DNA of 60,385 nucleotides, counting the filler, from Sphacelaria rigidula (taxonomy: Eukaryota): NCBI GenBank assembly GCA_964200075.2. It is 7 parts of 7 records of this genome, joined end to end, with 100 filler letters (N's around TTAATTAATTAA, not from the genome) between each part and the next. Parts side by side here need not be neighbours in the genome. Positions count along the whole stretch, not along the records: positions 1 to 8,542 come from CAXNAA020010847.1; positions 8,643 to 17,184 come from CAXNAA020010848.1; 5 more parts are not named here. One strand, written 5' to 3'. Positions within the stretch are counted from its first letter, which is position 1, and each line of letters starts with the position of its first letter. The notes below the pieces were generated by a model that made no database searches, was not told where the DNA came from, and worked only from the letters and a program-made list of their open reading frames with translations. Positions 1 through 11,470 of this stretch are shown in pieces. A program made the translations under genes and the position numbers.

Positions 1-215
1 CGCCGGACCAGGCTCGTACTCTATCACCAAACGCGAAGCGCCGTGGTGTGTTCGGCGAGTTGCATGAAGGATGAGCTGCATCCTGCTGAGATTGTTCGAC
101 CCGAAGCCCACTGATTATTTTGCATTTGGATGACAGTCTCCAATGAGTTGCTTTATTATCTGATATCGTCACTTGCAGAGACAGCCACGTCTTCCACACT
201 ACCTCATAGGTGTCT
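1..215 (+). repeat. Interspersed repeat family A, copy 1 (opposite orientation to the other copies)
   Basis: Aligns by eye to the reverse complement of 11820-12070, 38900-39210 and 60300-60385. Shared text includes caccaa(a/g)cgcgaagcgccgtg and ggatgaca...aatgagttgct...cacttccagagac. Confidence 0.85.
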
Positions 216-875
216 CACCATTACATGAGTAGGGAGGGGGGGGGGAAGAAAATACAACATGAGTTGGAAGTAGAGTACAATAGACGATGCAGCATGGGTT
301 GGACGTGGAGCAAGTAGCCAATGCAGTGTGCATTTCTGCGCAGTACGTACTTCTGTTCCGAAAGACGTATCCAAGGAAAATGGGATGTGAGGATTTGAAA
401 TTGCTCATGTGCCTGTGTTCCGTTGTGTTTTACATGGAAACAATATTCTTATACTTGAGATGAACAAATCTGGAGGAGACTCACCAGCTTTTGGAAGTGC
501 TAATGAGATTGCAGAATGTTTCACGATTATTTCTGGGTCGGGAGCACAAGTGAACTTTTTTTCCCGATTTTCCCGCGTGCTTTTAAATCAGCGGACGCTT
601 ACCTCTGATGCCTCGAGGATAACCTCGGTACGTGCTTTCAGAGTGTTGGAGCTGTGTTTTTGTCTCCTCGACTGGGATGAGATGGTGTGTTCCCAGCAGG
701 AAAATATCTGATTGATATTTTGAGTTGAAGAGGAGAGTAGCTTCTTGGTATGACTGAATTTTCTCTTTCCGGCTGTTTCTGAGATTTTGCGTGTGGTGGG
801 CGAAAGAGTTGCATAGCCAGATTTTCCTCTCGATTTGCTCCTGAGAATGAGTGCGTAGATACTTCAGGTTAGGGG

Positions 876-1636
876 GGGTGTCCGTGTAACTTAATATCTT
901 GTGTGAAGCCTACGATGAGTAAGACCCACGATATAGTGACTCACCTGACGTGTAGTGTTATGCTTGGGTACACGTGTTCCACCGCACTTGGCGTGTTGGA
1001 AGACATGCGTATACTCGTGATGGGGCTGGAGCTGGGCGTATCGCTTCCCCACCCTCCTCACTCTCTCCATCAGCCACACCAACCAGTTGCGCTGTAATAA
1101 TAAACTATCTTACCTACTCTCCATGGGTGCAACCAACATGCTAGTGTCTTCCGGTACTGTTCGACGCCACAAGACACATGACTTCACGTAGGGACGCAAA
1201 ACAGCAGTCTTCGGACCGAGCATCTGAGAGAGATAAGTAGGAAGGTAGATGATTTCTCCACCCCTCTCTCAAATGCTTGGTCCGAAGACTGCTGTTCTGC
1301 GTCCCTACGTGAAGCCATGTGTCTTGTGGCGTCGAACCGTGCCGGTAGATACTACTATGTTGGTTGGTTTATGCACCCGTGGAGAGTTCGTGAGATGGTT
1401 TATTATTGCAGCGCGACTAGCTGGTGTGGCTGATGGAGAGAGTGAGGGAGGTGGGGAAGCGAAGCGCCCAGCTCCAGCCCCATCACGAGTATACGTGTGT
1501 CTTCCAACACGTCAAGTGCAGTGGAACACACTTACGCGTGTACCTAATCATAACACCACACGTCAGGTGAGTCACTACGTCGTAAGTCCTACTCATCGTG
1601 GACTTCACACAAGATTTTCAGTCACGCAAACAACCC
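876..1636. mobile_element. ~760-bp imperfect foldback (MITE-like palindrome)
   Basis: Arm ~876-1232 is the reverse complement of arm ~1264-1636, with a ~30-nt spacer. Example: gggacgcaaaacagcagtcttcggaccgagcat versus atgcttggtccgaagactgctgttctgcgtccc. Ends GGG...CCC; no clean TSD seen. Confidence 0.85.
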
Positions 1637-1644
1637 AAGGCATT

Positions 1645-2550
1645 TTGTGCGCGATGTTGCGGTGATTCTGAACGCTAGAACACTTTCTGGTGCCAATTCT
1701 AAAGGGCAACGATATGAAATCCGTGCAGAGGCAGGGGTAGATCTTTAGATCTTGCTATCCTTGTTGTTCACGTCGGCCCCCTGTTGGTCGAGGCTGGCAC
1801 CAAGACGGGAAATAACCGCCAGTTGAGGTTCCCCATATGTTAGAGGCAGATTACCTTGGGTTTTATACGCCGTGTTGAGTAAGACGCGGCCGCACAACGT
1901 AACCAAAGAGTGCCTTCTGCCGAGGACCACTGTGGACCTGTTCGGGCAGGGGGCGATGTCTCCTCCTTCACAGTGCCAGACTTAGCGTGGCGGTTACCAC
2001 GACGGTCTGAGAATGACAGGGGCGGTTGCTGTAGTTTTCTTATACCAGAATCAACCGGATATTATTACGTGAAGATGTTTATCAATCTCTGACAGGCGCA
2101 TGACCGCCCTTTTGCGGGTTTCTCACTTGGCTCTAGATTAGGACAGGGTGCGAGGTGCAATTAAAAAAAAAATCACGGATAGATCGCGGGTATTCTACAA
2201 GTAGCCCTACCCAGGCGCGGTTCGCATCGTACAGTCAGTACTACAGTACTCGTTGTACTGCCACTAGGAGCACACATTGTCAACTTCGTTGGGTATTGTC
2301 GTGGCGGGATACATGTCGTGTAATAAACGCTCCCTCTTTCCGCAGCGATATGCATCCTTTCCTATCCGGCTACCAAATGCGCGATGACTTGTCTTAGCGC
2401 CAGGTATCCGTGCTGATTTGGCGATCTATCTTCCAAGGACGTTTGCCCCCTCTAGTTTCAGTATATTTTAGTCATTGGAATATGACTGTCTCCAATTGAC
2501 GCCGGGGATGATGACCTATAATCGCTGTAAAATGCTTTCATAATATTGCG
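1645..2550 (-). repeat. Dispersed ~900-bp repeat family B with ankyrin-like peptide remnants
   Basis: Colinear with 26760-27670 on another contig (both give VISRLGASL..DVNNKDSKI). Remnant motifs MHIAAERGSV and GADVNNKD; reading frames are broken. Confidence 0.75.
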
Positions 2551-4409
2551 TAGGAACAACACTGCCGATACTCGTACTGTACCCTGTTTGATTTTGTCGG
2601 TGGAGTTACAATATATGCCGCCTTTAGCGCGCATATCAGCGTAGAGTCGTGGCCCTGATATGAAATCCGAGCTAGTTTTGAGAGAATAAAGCAGAGGAAA
2701 AATGCTCAGAGACGAGAACAAACTGATTGCGAGTGAACGACGAAAATGCAATCTACTTGAAAAAAGGGCGTTGCTAGACCAATACCCGCAGTACTCACAT
2801 CTACAGTAAAAAACGCGCGTCCATGGAACCTGGAGACAATTTGCTACGAGACGCCAGATGCTTTTTGGCGCGTCTCCCCAAATCAGAGCGCGCAATCCTC
2901 CGCGGACACAAAAATGGGCGCGGAAGTCGCATCTACAAAACATGTGCAGCAGTATGTATTTCACCTCAACAATGCACTTGGTGGGTTTTTCCGAACCCGT
3001 CGCTAACAACTCCGTGGCTGGCGTTTGTTGTTGCGAATTCCTCCACCGTACCCCTTCCCTTACCCTTTAGTCACCCCCCTTCCCCCCCCTCCGTAAAAAA
3101 GCAGTGCTCAGTCTCGAAAGGGATGCGTGGTCAATGGTCAGACGACTAAGGCAAGCAACAAATGAGTACGCCCCCCCCTCCGTAAAAAAGCACCCTTTTC
3201 ACTGTTGGCTCTGATGCCAAGCGGAACCAGAAAGGGTATTTGTTGCATGGATATGTGTTTTCGTAGCGCAAATAGTACCGAGCTGCGTAGGGATTGGGCT
3301 ATTTGGAGCTCCCTCGGCGCCCACTGCTGGTGCTGGATCGGACCTTGTCTCTGTTACAGCTTTTTTATCGTGCGTTTGCACATGTGGCAGTCATGAAGAC
3401 CGACTTGGTGTCCGTTGCGCAAAGGGGCATCGAACCCAAGACTTTGAGTTGACGACCGCGGCAGCTTTGAACCCCTGTATTTTTGTGGTCCAGAGTACTC
3501 CTGCGAAGCTCATCATAACTACAGCATAATACACCCTGGACAATACATTACATTGTCAAAAGATGTACTGCGTACAGTATGAGATCTATTGTCTATTGCA
3601 ATGTAGACGCAAGAGTCGATACTGTACGCAGTATACTTTTTGGCAATGTAATCTGTTGTCCAGGGTGTGCAGCATGACCGGACGGCAGCCGCGGTTTCTT
3701 GTGCCAACGTAAGAACAGGAGACGGAGAATCAACAGTTGCCGCCTCCTCTTGTTACCGTCTAGCGTCACAGCTGCCGATAAACTCATCATCATTGTGCCA
3801 GACCAACACCTTGGGGCACGTAATCAACGGTGGGGGAAAATATTTTCCTTCAGTATTTCATGTCGTGTAGCTCGCGATTCTGAGGTTTTGAGCGGAACGG
3901 GTACAGTACCCCATTTGGGGGCAAAACGCTTGAAATGAAACAAAAAGAGTGAGGAAAAATAGAAGAGATAGAGAACACAACAACAGACTAAGAAGATAAA
4001 AAAGGCAGCACAAGAGAAAAAAAAAAATAAGGGAAAATGATTCAGTGACCGGCCTCCATCACATGTGTTCTGTGGAAAAGGTCTTGCGCATAAAATACAT
4101 TCATACCTAGCGGTAGAATCAAATTTCCGTGGGAAAAGATTGCGGCTCATATACTACGACCGCACTATTTTGGGAATGAACCCTCTAATCCGTGGAACCT
4201 ACGGCGAGGCGCCACACTCCTCCGGCATACACCGGTAGGAAATAACACATACATGAAGAGAAAGATGGGGAAAGGGAGAGCAGAGAAGGAGACTCCAGAA
4301 GGGATGAAGCCTGAAGGAATCAAGGTGACGGAGCAGGTACAGATACACCAGGGGGCACCGCAAAACCACCGACCAAGGACAAAATCAGCAGCCGATAGGG
4401 GCAGACTGG

Positions 4410-4910
4410 ATTTTTGGATTCCAAGATAACCATTTGTCCGTGTTCTTCGCCGCAGTGACCCAGTCGAATGTATCACCGACCTCCACACCGTAGACGAACC
4501 ATTTCTGTCGCGCTCCTTTGTGCGGAATAGCCCCTAGTGCACGTAGGTTCTCCTGAAGGTATTCCTCCCATTAATGGGGGGGGGGGGGGGGGGGGGGGCA
4601 GCTCCCATAGGCCCTTGTGCGGTTAACCGTCCGTTCACGATGCGTTTGGGAAGGCATGTTGCCTTCTGCAGCAACAGGGGCTCCCGCGAACCAGAGTTGA
4701 CGTTTGCGGGTGATCGTCCGGATATGGTCGCAGTTGGTCATCTGGAGCAGCGCTCTGTACGAAAGAGTGCTATAGCCATTTTGATATTTCCTGCGGAATC
4801 CAACCACTCGCAGCAATAGCTTGTGATGGGGAGCGCGTAGACTGTCGAAGTCCTCAGAACGCAACGTCCATGTGGCACATTTGTACAGCTGAGCTTCCAC
4901 CAGGGTTCTG
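4410..4910 (-). mobile_element. 3' fragment of an RTE-clade non-LTR retrotransposon (LINE), degenerate
   Basis: Translation LYKCATWTLRSEDFDSLRAPHHKLLLRVVGFRRK...RKRQLWFAG, then WEEYLQENLRALGAIP...DWVTAAKN. Matches the post-RT C-terminal region of RTE LINEs (LLYG.E/A.W ... R.R.L.W.G). 5'-truncated. Confidence 0.8.
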
Positions 4911-6017
4911 TGTAGCGACCGATGCCATCACTTTGGAATATATATCCTTCATTTCGTAGCGGTAGAGATTACCGCATGCTGTTCTCAATGCTTGGCGAGC
5001 GCGAGAACTGCGTCGACTGAACCTGTGGGGTCTTTATAACGATCGGTGCTGCTATTTGGAAGAGACCCTCGTTTCATAGCCGTGGGACACGCAGCTGTAT
5101 AACCCGTTCGGCATCTTTGGACTTCCAAAGGGAGCACCATTTTGTGCTTTCGGGCGGCTTCCACAGGAGTTGTTTTTGAGCATGAGGCAGACAAGCAAGT
5201 TGACGTTTGTTCATACCCCTACAAGCGTGAAGATCCTTCTCTTTTCCACTGGTGTAGTAAGCCTTTTGTGTAGGAATACCTCGGTTACTTGCCACAAGTA
5301 ATTTGTCTTGCAGAAGTCTTTGGGTTTAGTGTCTGCAGTGCACTGACATGCGGAGCTTGAAATGAGTTTGATGGTTCCAAGTGCTTGACAGCGTGGGCAG
5401 CATTTCTGGCGCAGATTCGAGCCTTGCCAACGCACGATTTGCTTCAGGCACCTTCTGCACCCCCCTCTCCCCACCCCTATGCCCCGTGGACTTTGGGTTT
5501 GCCTTGAGTTGGGGATTGCGCGTTCCCGTATCTAACGTTTTGACCTTGAAAAAGTGCACTTGTGTTCGTGCACAGCGCCAATGCGAGTGTTTATTATTGA
5601 TTCTCCGAGGGGAAAAAAGGACGACCATGCGTACACAAGGGCGACATTCTGTGTTTTTTTTCAATCGTGAAACGAACCTCCATGTCGTGCAACATAACCG
5701 TAAGTGCCTACAAACCCGGAGCTAGACCGACCGTACATGAGGCAACTGAAGGTACACCCTTCTCAGGCCAGGCGAATGGCAGATGTATGCCCCCTACCCC
5801 CGGTATTCAACGTGCCAACGTCGTTGTAGGGGCGGTAATCGCATCACAGTCAGCCGCATGGATTGGTCCGTTATGCGTGAGTTGGGAGCGCTTCCTGTAT
5901 TTGCAACCTTGATACCCCCTGGTTCAGCAACGTACAGCAAAATGCAGATATGCCATCACGCCGTGTGATGTAACTCTTTCCTTGGCCATGTGGTTTTGGT
6001 TACACGCAACGCGACAG

Positions 6018-7263
6018 GCCGCCGGCAACGCCGTCGAGCGCATCCTCGCCAGAACCGTAAGCGGGAGGGTACTCCTGGACCTGGACGTGGTGAACATGGT
6101 GCGATCCGTTCCTGCGCGAGAATCCGTCATTGTTGACGGTGGCACACCAATGGTGAGAAATGCGAAGCATAGTATTATAGGGCACGCATGAGCGAGTGGC
6201 AACGCTGTAGCGGGGAAATCACGCCCAAGATACTGTGCTGCAAGTTTACACCAAAGTCATCCGATATCGCACAGTCTACCCTGGGACTGACTATCCACGT
6301 ACGACTGCATGCTTAATCCCTCCCCCCGGACCATTCCCCACCATTCAAGATCATCGCACATGTGATCAAACACACGCACACACACAAAGCCTCCCCCCCC
6401 CGCCCGCCCCCACCGCACTCCTCCCCTTCCCACCATGTCACGTATCATTCCAGATTTTCACCATTATGCGAGATCGCCTCATGCAGATTCTTGCGGGTGC
6501 GCTGCCCGGGGGTGTTCTCAACACCGGCCGAGAGGTCGTGGCTGTCGACCAGTCTCCAGACGGGGCCACCCTGCGCTTCAGCGATGGCTCCAAGGCCGGT
6601 CCCTTCGACCTCGTGGTCGGTGCGGACGGCATCAAGGGCGCGGCACGGGAGACTGTCAGGGGGGCAGGGAGAAGGGAAGGAGAGGGGGGACGCGATGAGG
6701 ACGCGATATACTCTGGGATCAGGATTCAGTTCGGGGTGGCGCCGGCAGGACAGCGACCGAAGGGGTGTGGCAACGATGTTTTCACCCGTGCTTTGTAAAT
6801 TTTTGTTGTTGACCGATGTCCGACTGGTCGCTATCGGAACCTTCTCGGCTCTTACGCGTGTGTGTGTTTATTGTTCAATGCGGTCGGCACAATCTTTCGG
6901 AGAAATAAGAACAAAAAAAACTTATTGGCAGAGGCATTATTCTCAACGTCTCTCTAGTTTTCGTGTTAAGTGACACTGACACGCTGCCACATAATCGATA
7001 TCCTTTTCTGGGGGTATCATGTGCCTGATCAAAACAGTCCGAGCTCTCGTGTCGTGTGCAGAATATGAGCTGTGTTGAATCTTTTCCCCTTGCTTCGTTC
7101 GTGGTACTGTATGATGTCTGTGTTTATCTGTTTGTGCAAACAGGTGCGAGAAGGAGCTGCACCAGTGGTTCGGAGGAGACACCTACGGGCTGGCTGCGAC
7201 CTACGGAGGCATCCGCGGGGACAAGTACGAGATGGTGGCCGCTTGTTTCCACGACGGGGGAAG
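6018..7263 (+). CDS. FAD-dependent monooxygenase (class A flavoprotein, zeaxanthin-epoxidase/salicylate-hydroxylase-like), partial; exons 6018-6152, 6454-6764, 7144-7263
   Basis: GT-AG introns with consistent phases (0, then 2) give AAGNAVERILART...GGTPM|IFTIMRDRLMQIL...ATLRFSDGSKAGPFDLVVGADGIKG...YSGIRIQFG...RPKG|CEKELHQWFGGDTYGLAATYGG. DLVVGADG is the DG fingerprint. The exons carrying GxGxxG and the GD motif were not located. Confidence 0.85.
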
Positions 7264-7395
7264 GTACAGCAGCGCAGTATAGCTGGCCCTTGTTACAGGT
7301 GTATGTCGTGACAATAAGGTATTGTCGTGCTATCCCCTGCCCGGCATGACTTCTCCCGGTGATGAGGGCTCATGACAATTTACATAAAGCAAGCC

Positions 7396-7600
7396 GGTCG
7401 CCCCAATGGCTCAGTTGGTGACCTCGGGACCCTCTAACGTTTGGATCGTGGGTTCGAATCTCGGAGCGATCTGGGATTTTTTCTCACACAACGCCCATCA
7501 GTGGAGAGCGACTATGTCGTGAGTACACAAAAAATTGAGTTGATTGTCGACGAGGGAAAGGGACTGCTGAACCCCTCTCGCGACAAAAAAAATACAAAGA
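7396..7600 (+). mobile_element. tRNA-derived SINE head and body (downstream of monooxygenase exon 7144-7263, i.e. intronic)
   Basis: Pol III A box TGGCTCAGTTGG (7407-7418) and B box GGTTCGAATCT (7451-7461). The cloverleaf is degenerate and is followed by a non-tRNA body and A-rich sequence. Confidence 0.7.
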
Positions 7601-8542
7601 CAAGCACCGCAGGAGGAAGGAGGAAAACAAGAAAAGAAAAAGAAAAAGCTCCTGTGTTGGCCTTCCTCCTGTGTACCATCCGGCTGGTTCGCCCACGTAT
7701 ACCGACAGGTGTAGACCGGCGTCCAGAATAGAGGAGTCGACAACACATACACATTGCCTTTTTCATGTTTTTCAGTTTCACTTTCGACCGATCTCTACCC
7801 CGGTACACGCCTTGCATTTTTGTCTCGCGGACTGGATCATGATTAACACTCCCGCACCCCGTCGACTCACTCTCGCCGAACAAACTCTTTTTTGCTACAC
7901 CAAAGTCCTCGCGCTTCCAAGGAGGGAGATCAAATATTTTCAAGACAAATTCCAACAACGTATCCAGCACGAATCGAAACCCGCGTTTTTTCCCACCCTA
8001 ATGTTGTCAGTTGGACCATTAGCCCACTAGACCATTAGACCATCAGACAGACCATCGGGGCGCGGCGGCCGCCCTGTGTCAGCGAGACAGGCTGGGTGAC
8101 CAAGATGCACAGTAGAGCAATGCCCACGGCATCGGTGCGCATTTTGTTATTCTGAGGCTCTTCGTTGTAGGAGTCTCTCGATGACAAATATATGTGCCTC
8201 AGTGTGCAGCCTCAGGAAACTTTTGGACTGAAAAGTGCACCCCTACAGTGGCATCATTCAAGTGTGTAGGTTCAAGTTCAAGCACCGACGCGGCCGGCTG
8301 GGCATATGGCAAATATGTGTTTGTATGATCGGTATGAAGTACACCGCTGGGCTGCTACCGACGTCCTTCAATTAGAGTCGCCTGGCGTACTTGCGTGTCG
8401 TTGAAGTACACCGCTGGGGTGCCGCCGACGACACTTTATATGAGAGCCCCCCCCCCCCCCCCCCCCAAACACCCCCAAAAAAATCCCGGGAAAAAAAAGA
8501 CACAAAAAGCCTACGGTTGGGGTTCAGGGTGCACAAAAGGGG

Positions 8543-8642
8543 NNNNNNNNNNNNNNNNNNNNNNNNNNNNNNNNNNNNNNNNNNNNTTAATTAATTAANN
8601 NNNNNNNNNNNNNNNNNNNNNNNNNNNNNNNNNNNNNNNNNN
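8543..8642. other. Artificial contig spacer
   Basis: 44 N + TTAATTAATTAA (stops in all six frames) + 44 N. Confidence 0.98.
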
Positions 8643-10798
8643 GTGTTTCATCCTCAACAAAAAGTACCATCCTCAACATAGATGATTCGCTGTTAATAGA
8701 GAAATGCGACTTCAGCCCCATTTTAGTGTTGAACCCCAAAATTTAAAATCGGCTGTTAGTAGTGGCAACTTCTCCAAACGAGCGACGAACACCTTCTAGT
8801 CCTTCCAAATAACACGTACGAAATTCAGTGAGATCCGATATTTTTGGGGCTGTCTGGAAATTAGATATATCACCATAAGTAAACCTGGGTGCACGAAAGA
8901 TGGGGAAAGTGCGCTAGAATCCTCTCGGAAGGCGAGGCAAATCTTTGCGAGGAGGCGCAATCCACCAAAAAGATATTTTTCGCAGATTTTAGGTAAGGCC
9001 GCGTGTTTTAGCTCGTCGTCATTTTTCGACCGAAAAAGTGCGGTGGAAAACAAGAATGCCGATTTGATGTCGTGATTCAGCCATCAACATAAATAACGAT
9101 AAACGTTGAAATCCCAACTTATCAGATTGGAGTGCTATGATCCATCGCACATTTTCGATTGAAAAAAATGTTCCAAGACACGTCCTAATGGCCACTGCTA
9201 CGGCGTGTGCCCAACTCGTTCGGGCACAGGACATGGAGGGGTACAAATATGCGCGGAAATAGGGCACCATATCTTCCCAACATTCAGTAGAAGCGAAGGA
9301 GTGTCCCACCCCCCTCGCTCCTGGCCAATGGGGGTTACGCGGTCACTTGAAGCAGTAGATGGGCCGCAATCTGTTCCCACGGCTTTCTTTTTTCTACAAT
9401 CGAGTATTTGTGGTTTGGTTTCCGCCCAAGATCTTGTCCACCGAAGCCATGTTGTAGGAGAGGCCGGCCAATTCCCTTTTGATTGTCCTTGCTTTCTTCC
9501 TCTTCCCTTCTGGTCTGCTCTCTGTTTTACCTCTTCTGTTTTTGTCACTTTTCTTCAGGAAGTATTTCAGTTTTGTTGTTGTCTCGGAAACATCCACCAC
9601 GTGGATGGATATAGTGACCACGGCTGGATCGCTGGGGATCAGTCAACGTGCGTCAGTCAACTCGATAAAATCAATTCAAGCAGCAGCCGGTGTTATTCAA
9701 CATCAGTGCAGTGGTGCTGCGCTCAGTGCTACGGCTGCTCCTCAATCAACAGTATTTCGGAGAAGCATACTTAGTTCAGAGACCACGTGGGATGCAAAAA
9801 TCAAGCATATCCCCATCTTAACCCACGCGCCGGACCTTTGTCCTCTCACTGGAACCTTGTTTGTATCCTTTTTTGGCCGAAGTTTGAGGGTGGCCCTTAC
9901 CCTTCCCATGGTCTGTGGCCAGCGAAATGTGCTCTGCTGCGATTTTTCGCCGCTGGAAAAAACAGCCGTCAGCGACACTTCACATTTGCCAGTGGAGTCG
10001 AGGACTACCTTAATTTGGTCATAAAATGTGTACCTGTGGCCAAAAAAAGGTACAGAAGTGAACGGAATTGGCTTGTGAAAAGTCCTCGAAAGCAAGAAAC
10101 TCTCCGCCCACATGGACGTGCGTTCGGGTTACCTTCTCAGCAAAGTGGAACGTCTAGCGAGGCTCTTGCTCAATCTCTGGTCACGGCTCACGCGATACTT
10201 ATAACCAGCCTGAAATGAGCACCGTGAATGGTACCCCTCTTCATCTTTTGGAGTTAAGCTATGTCCAGCAAGCTATTATATCTGCTCCTGGTTCAAACAC
10301 TGAACCGACGACATTTGAACAAAAATAATGACATACAAGGGCAAGTTTTTTCAACGGTCGCACTCTCAAGCCTCTCCCGCCCTCGTGGTGGGCGTCCCAT
10401 CGACCAGCTGCCAATGGACATGACAATGGAAGCTTCGCAACTTTTGTATCTACAACACGACAAAAAAAGTGGAGATCACGCACGACAATTTGTTCGGGCA
10501 TATCGCTGTCGTCACACCCGCAGAGACATGCACAACCCTCCAGTTTCAATCCAATCCGACCCACACCCGCTCCTAAAATTTACAGTATGGTAGCAGATTC
10601 CCAGGCCCACAGAACACCTCGAACATCAAACGGGGACCAACACACTCTGGAGAGCGCATCCGTCGTGCATCGCGGTTATACCCCTTGCCCCCCCCTCCCC
10701 CAAAAGCACCCGAGCCTGGCCTAGTCGGTGGAAACCTGGCGTGCTTCGTCCAGCCTTCGTAGGGATACAAGGTCAATGGTCATATGACCACGGCATGC

Positions 10799-11082
10799 GG
10801 ACCGACGCCCGGATCGGTAGGGTGACACGTGTACAGAGTCGAGCTGGGGGACATTGTAGGAGGTTTGGTCGGTGCGGGATGTACTCATCCCAAGTCCGAC
10901 ACTACCTGGGTGGGGGGGGCACTCCCACCTTGATGCCTACCCATACATTCGCTAGACATGTCTACCCTCGGGTGGACATGTCTGACGGGTGGAGCGACTT
11001 GAAGCGCTGCATGAAACTAGAAATAGCGAAGTGAATGGTGAAAGGTTCCTTCCTGTTCCCTGGGGACGCAAAAAAGAAAAAG
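10799..11082 (+). mobile_element. 284-bp structured, A-tailed retroposon-like insertion with 10-bp TSD, inserted into a family A copy
   Basis: CACGGCATGC is repeated at 10789-10798 and 11083-11092. The tail is aaaaaagaaaaag. Removing the insert restores the family A text seen uninterrupted at ~39160-39210 (cgcggcatgcaatatcatgagtacgcc). Confidence 0.75.
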
Positions 11083-11470
11083 CACGGCATGCAATATCAT
11101 GAGTACACCGCTCCCCCCCCAAGCGCCCCAAACTCATCTCTCTCCATATCCCCTGGACGACGCGTGATAAATCAGCTCACAACGGAGGAAGCCAAAACGG
11201 AATCCCTTCCCTCCTCGCCCCTACCCAGCTCATCGTATCGGTTACATTTCCATACAGGAAAAGTCTTCATCCTTGCGAGAACAATCGATGGGCTCAACAA
11301 CGAAGGCGTTCGTCACAGAAAGGAATAGGCACACGAGCAACACAAAGAAACAGGGTTGATATCACATCTCCCGCCGTAGCGGATGAATGCCTCTTTCACT
11401 CCTCCAAGAAGCACGACACAAATGAGCGATAAAACTACATTCGGCGACGTGGGAAGCGCTGCGGTCAATT

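Noticed and set aside
220-870. Decayed minus-strand coding sequence
   Set aside because: There are open stretches but no motif I can assign.
7396-7470. tRNA gene with a CTA (amber suppressor) anticodon
   Set aside because: A and B boxes are present, but the anticodon and acceptor stems do not pair properly and a repeat body follows. It is a SINE head.
8587-8598. Regularly spaced TTAATTAATTAA motif as a biological periodic element
   Set aside because: It is always centred in 44+44 N, i.e. a synthetic six-frame stop linker.
9180-10560. Overlapping ORFs suggesting a transposon-derived protein
   Set aside because: Multiple stops and no recognisable catalytic motif; cannot be classified without a search.
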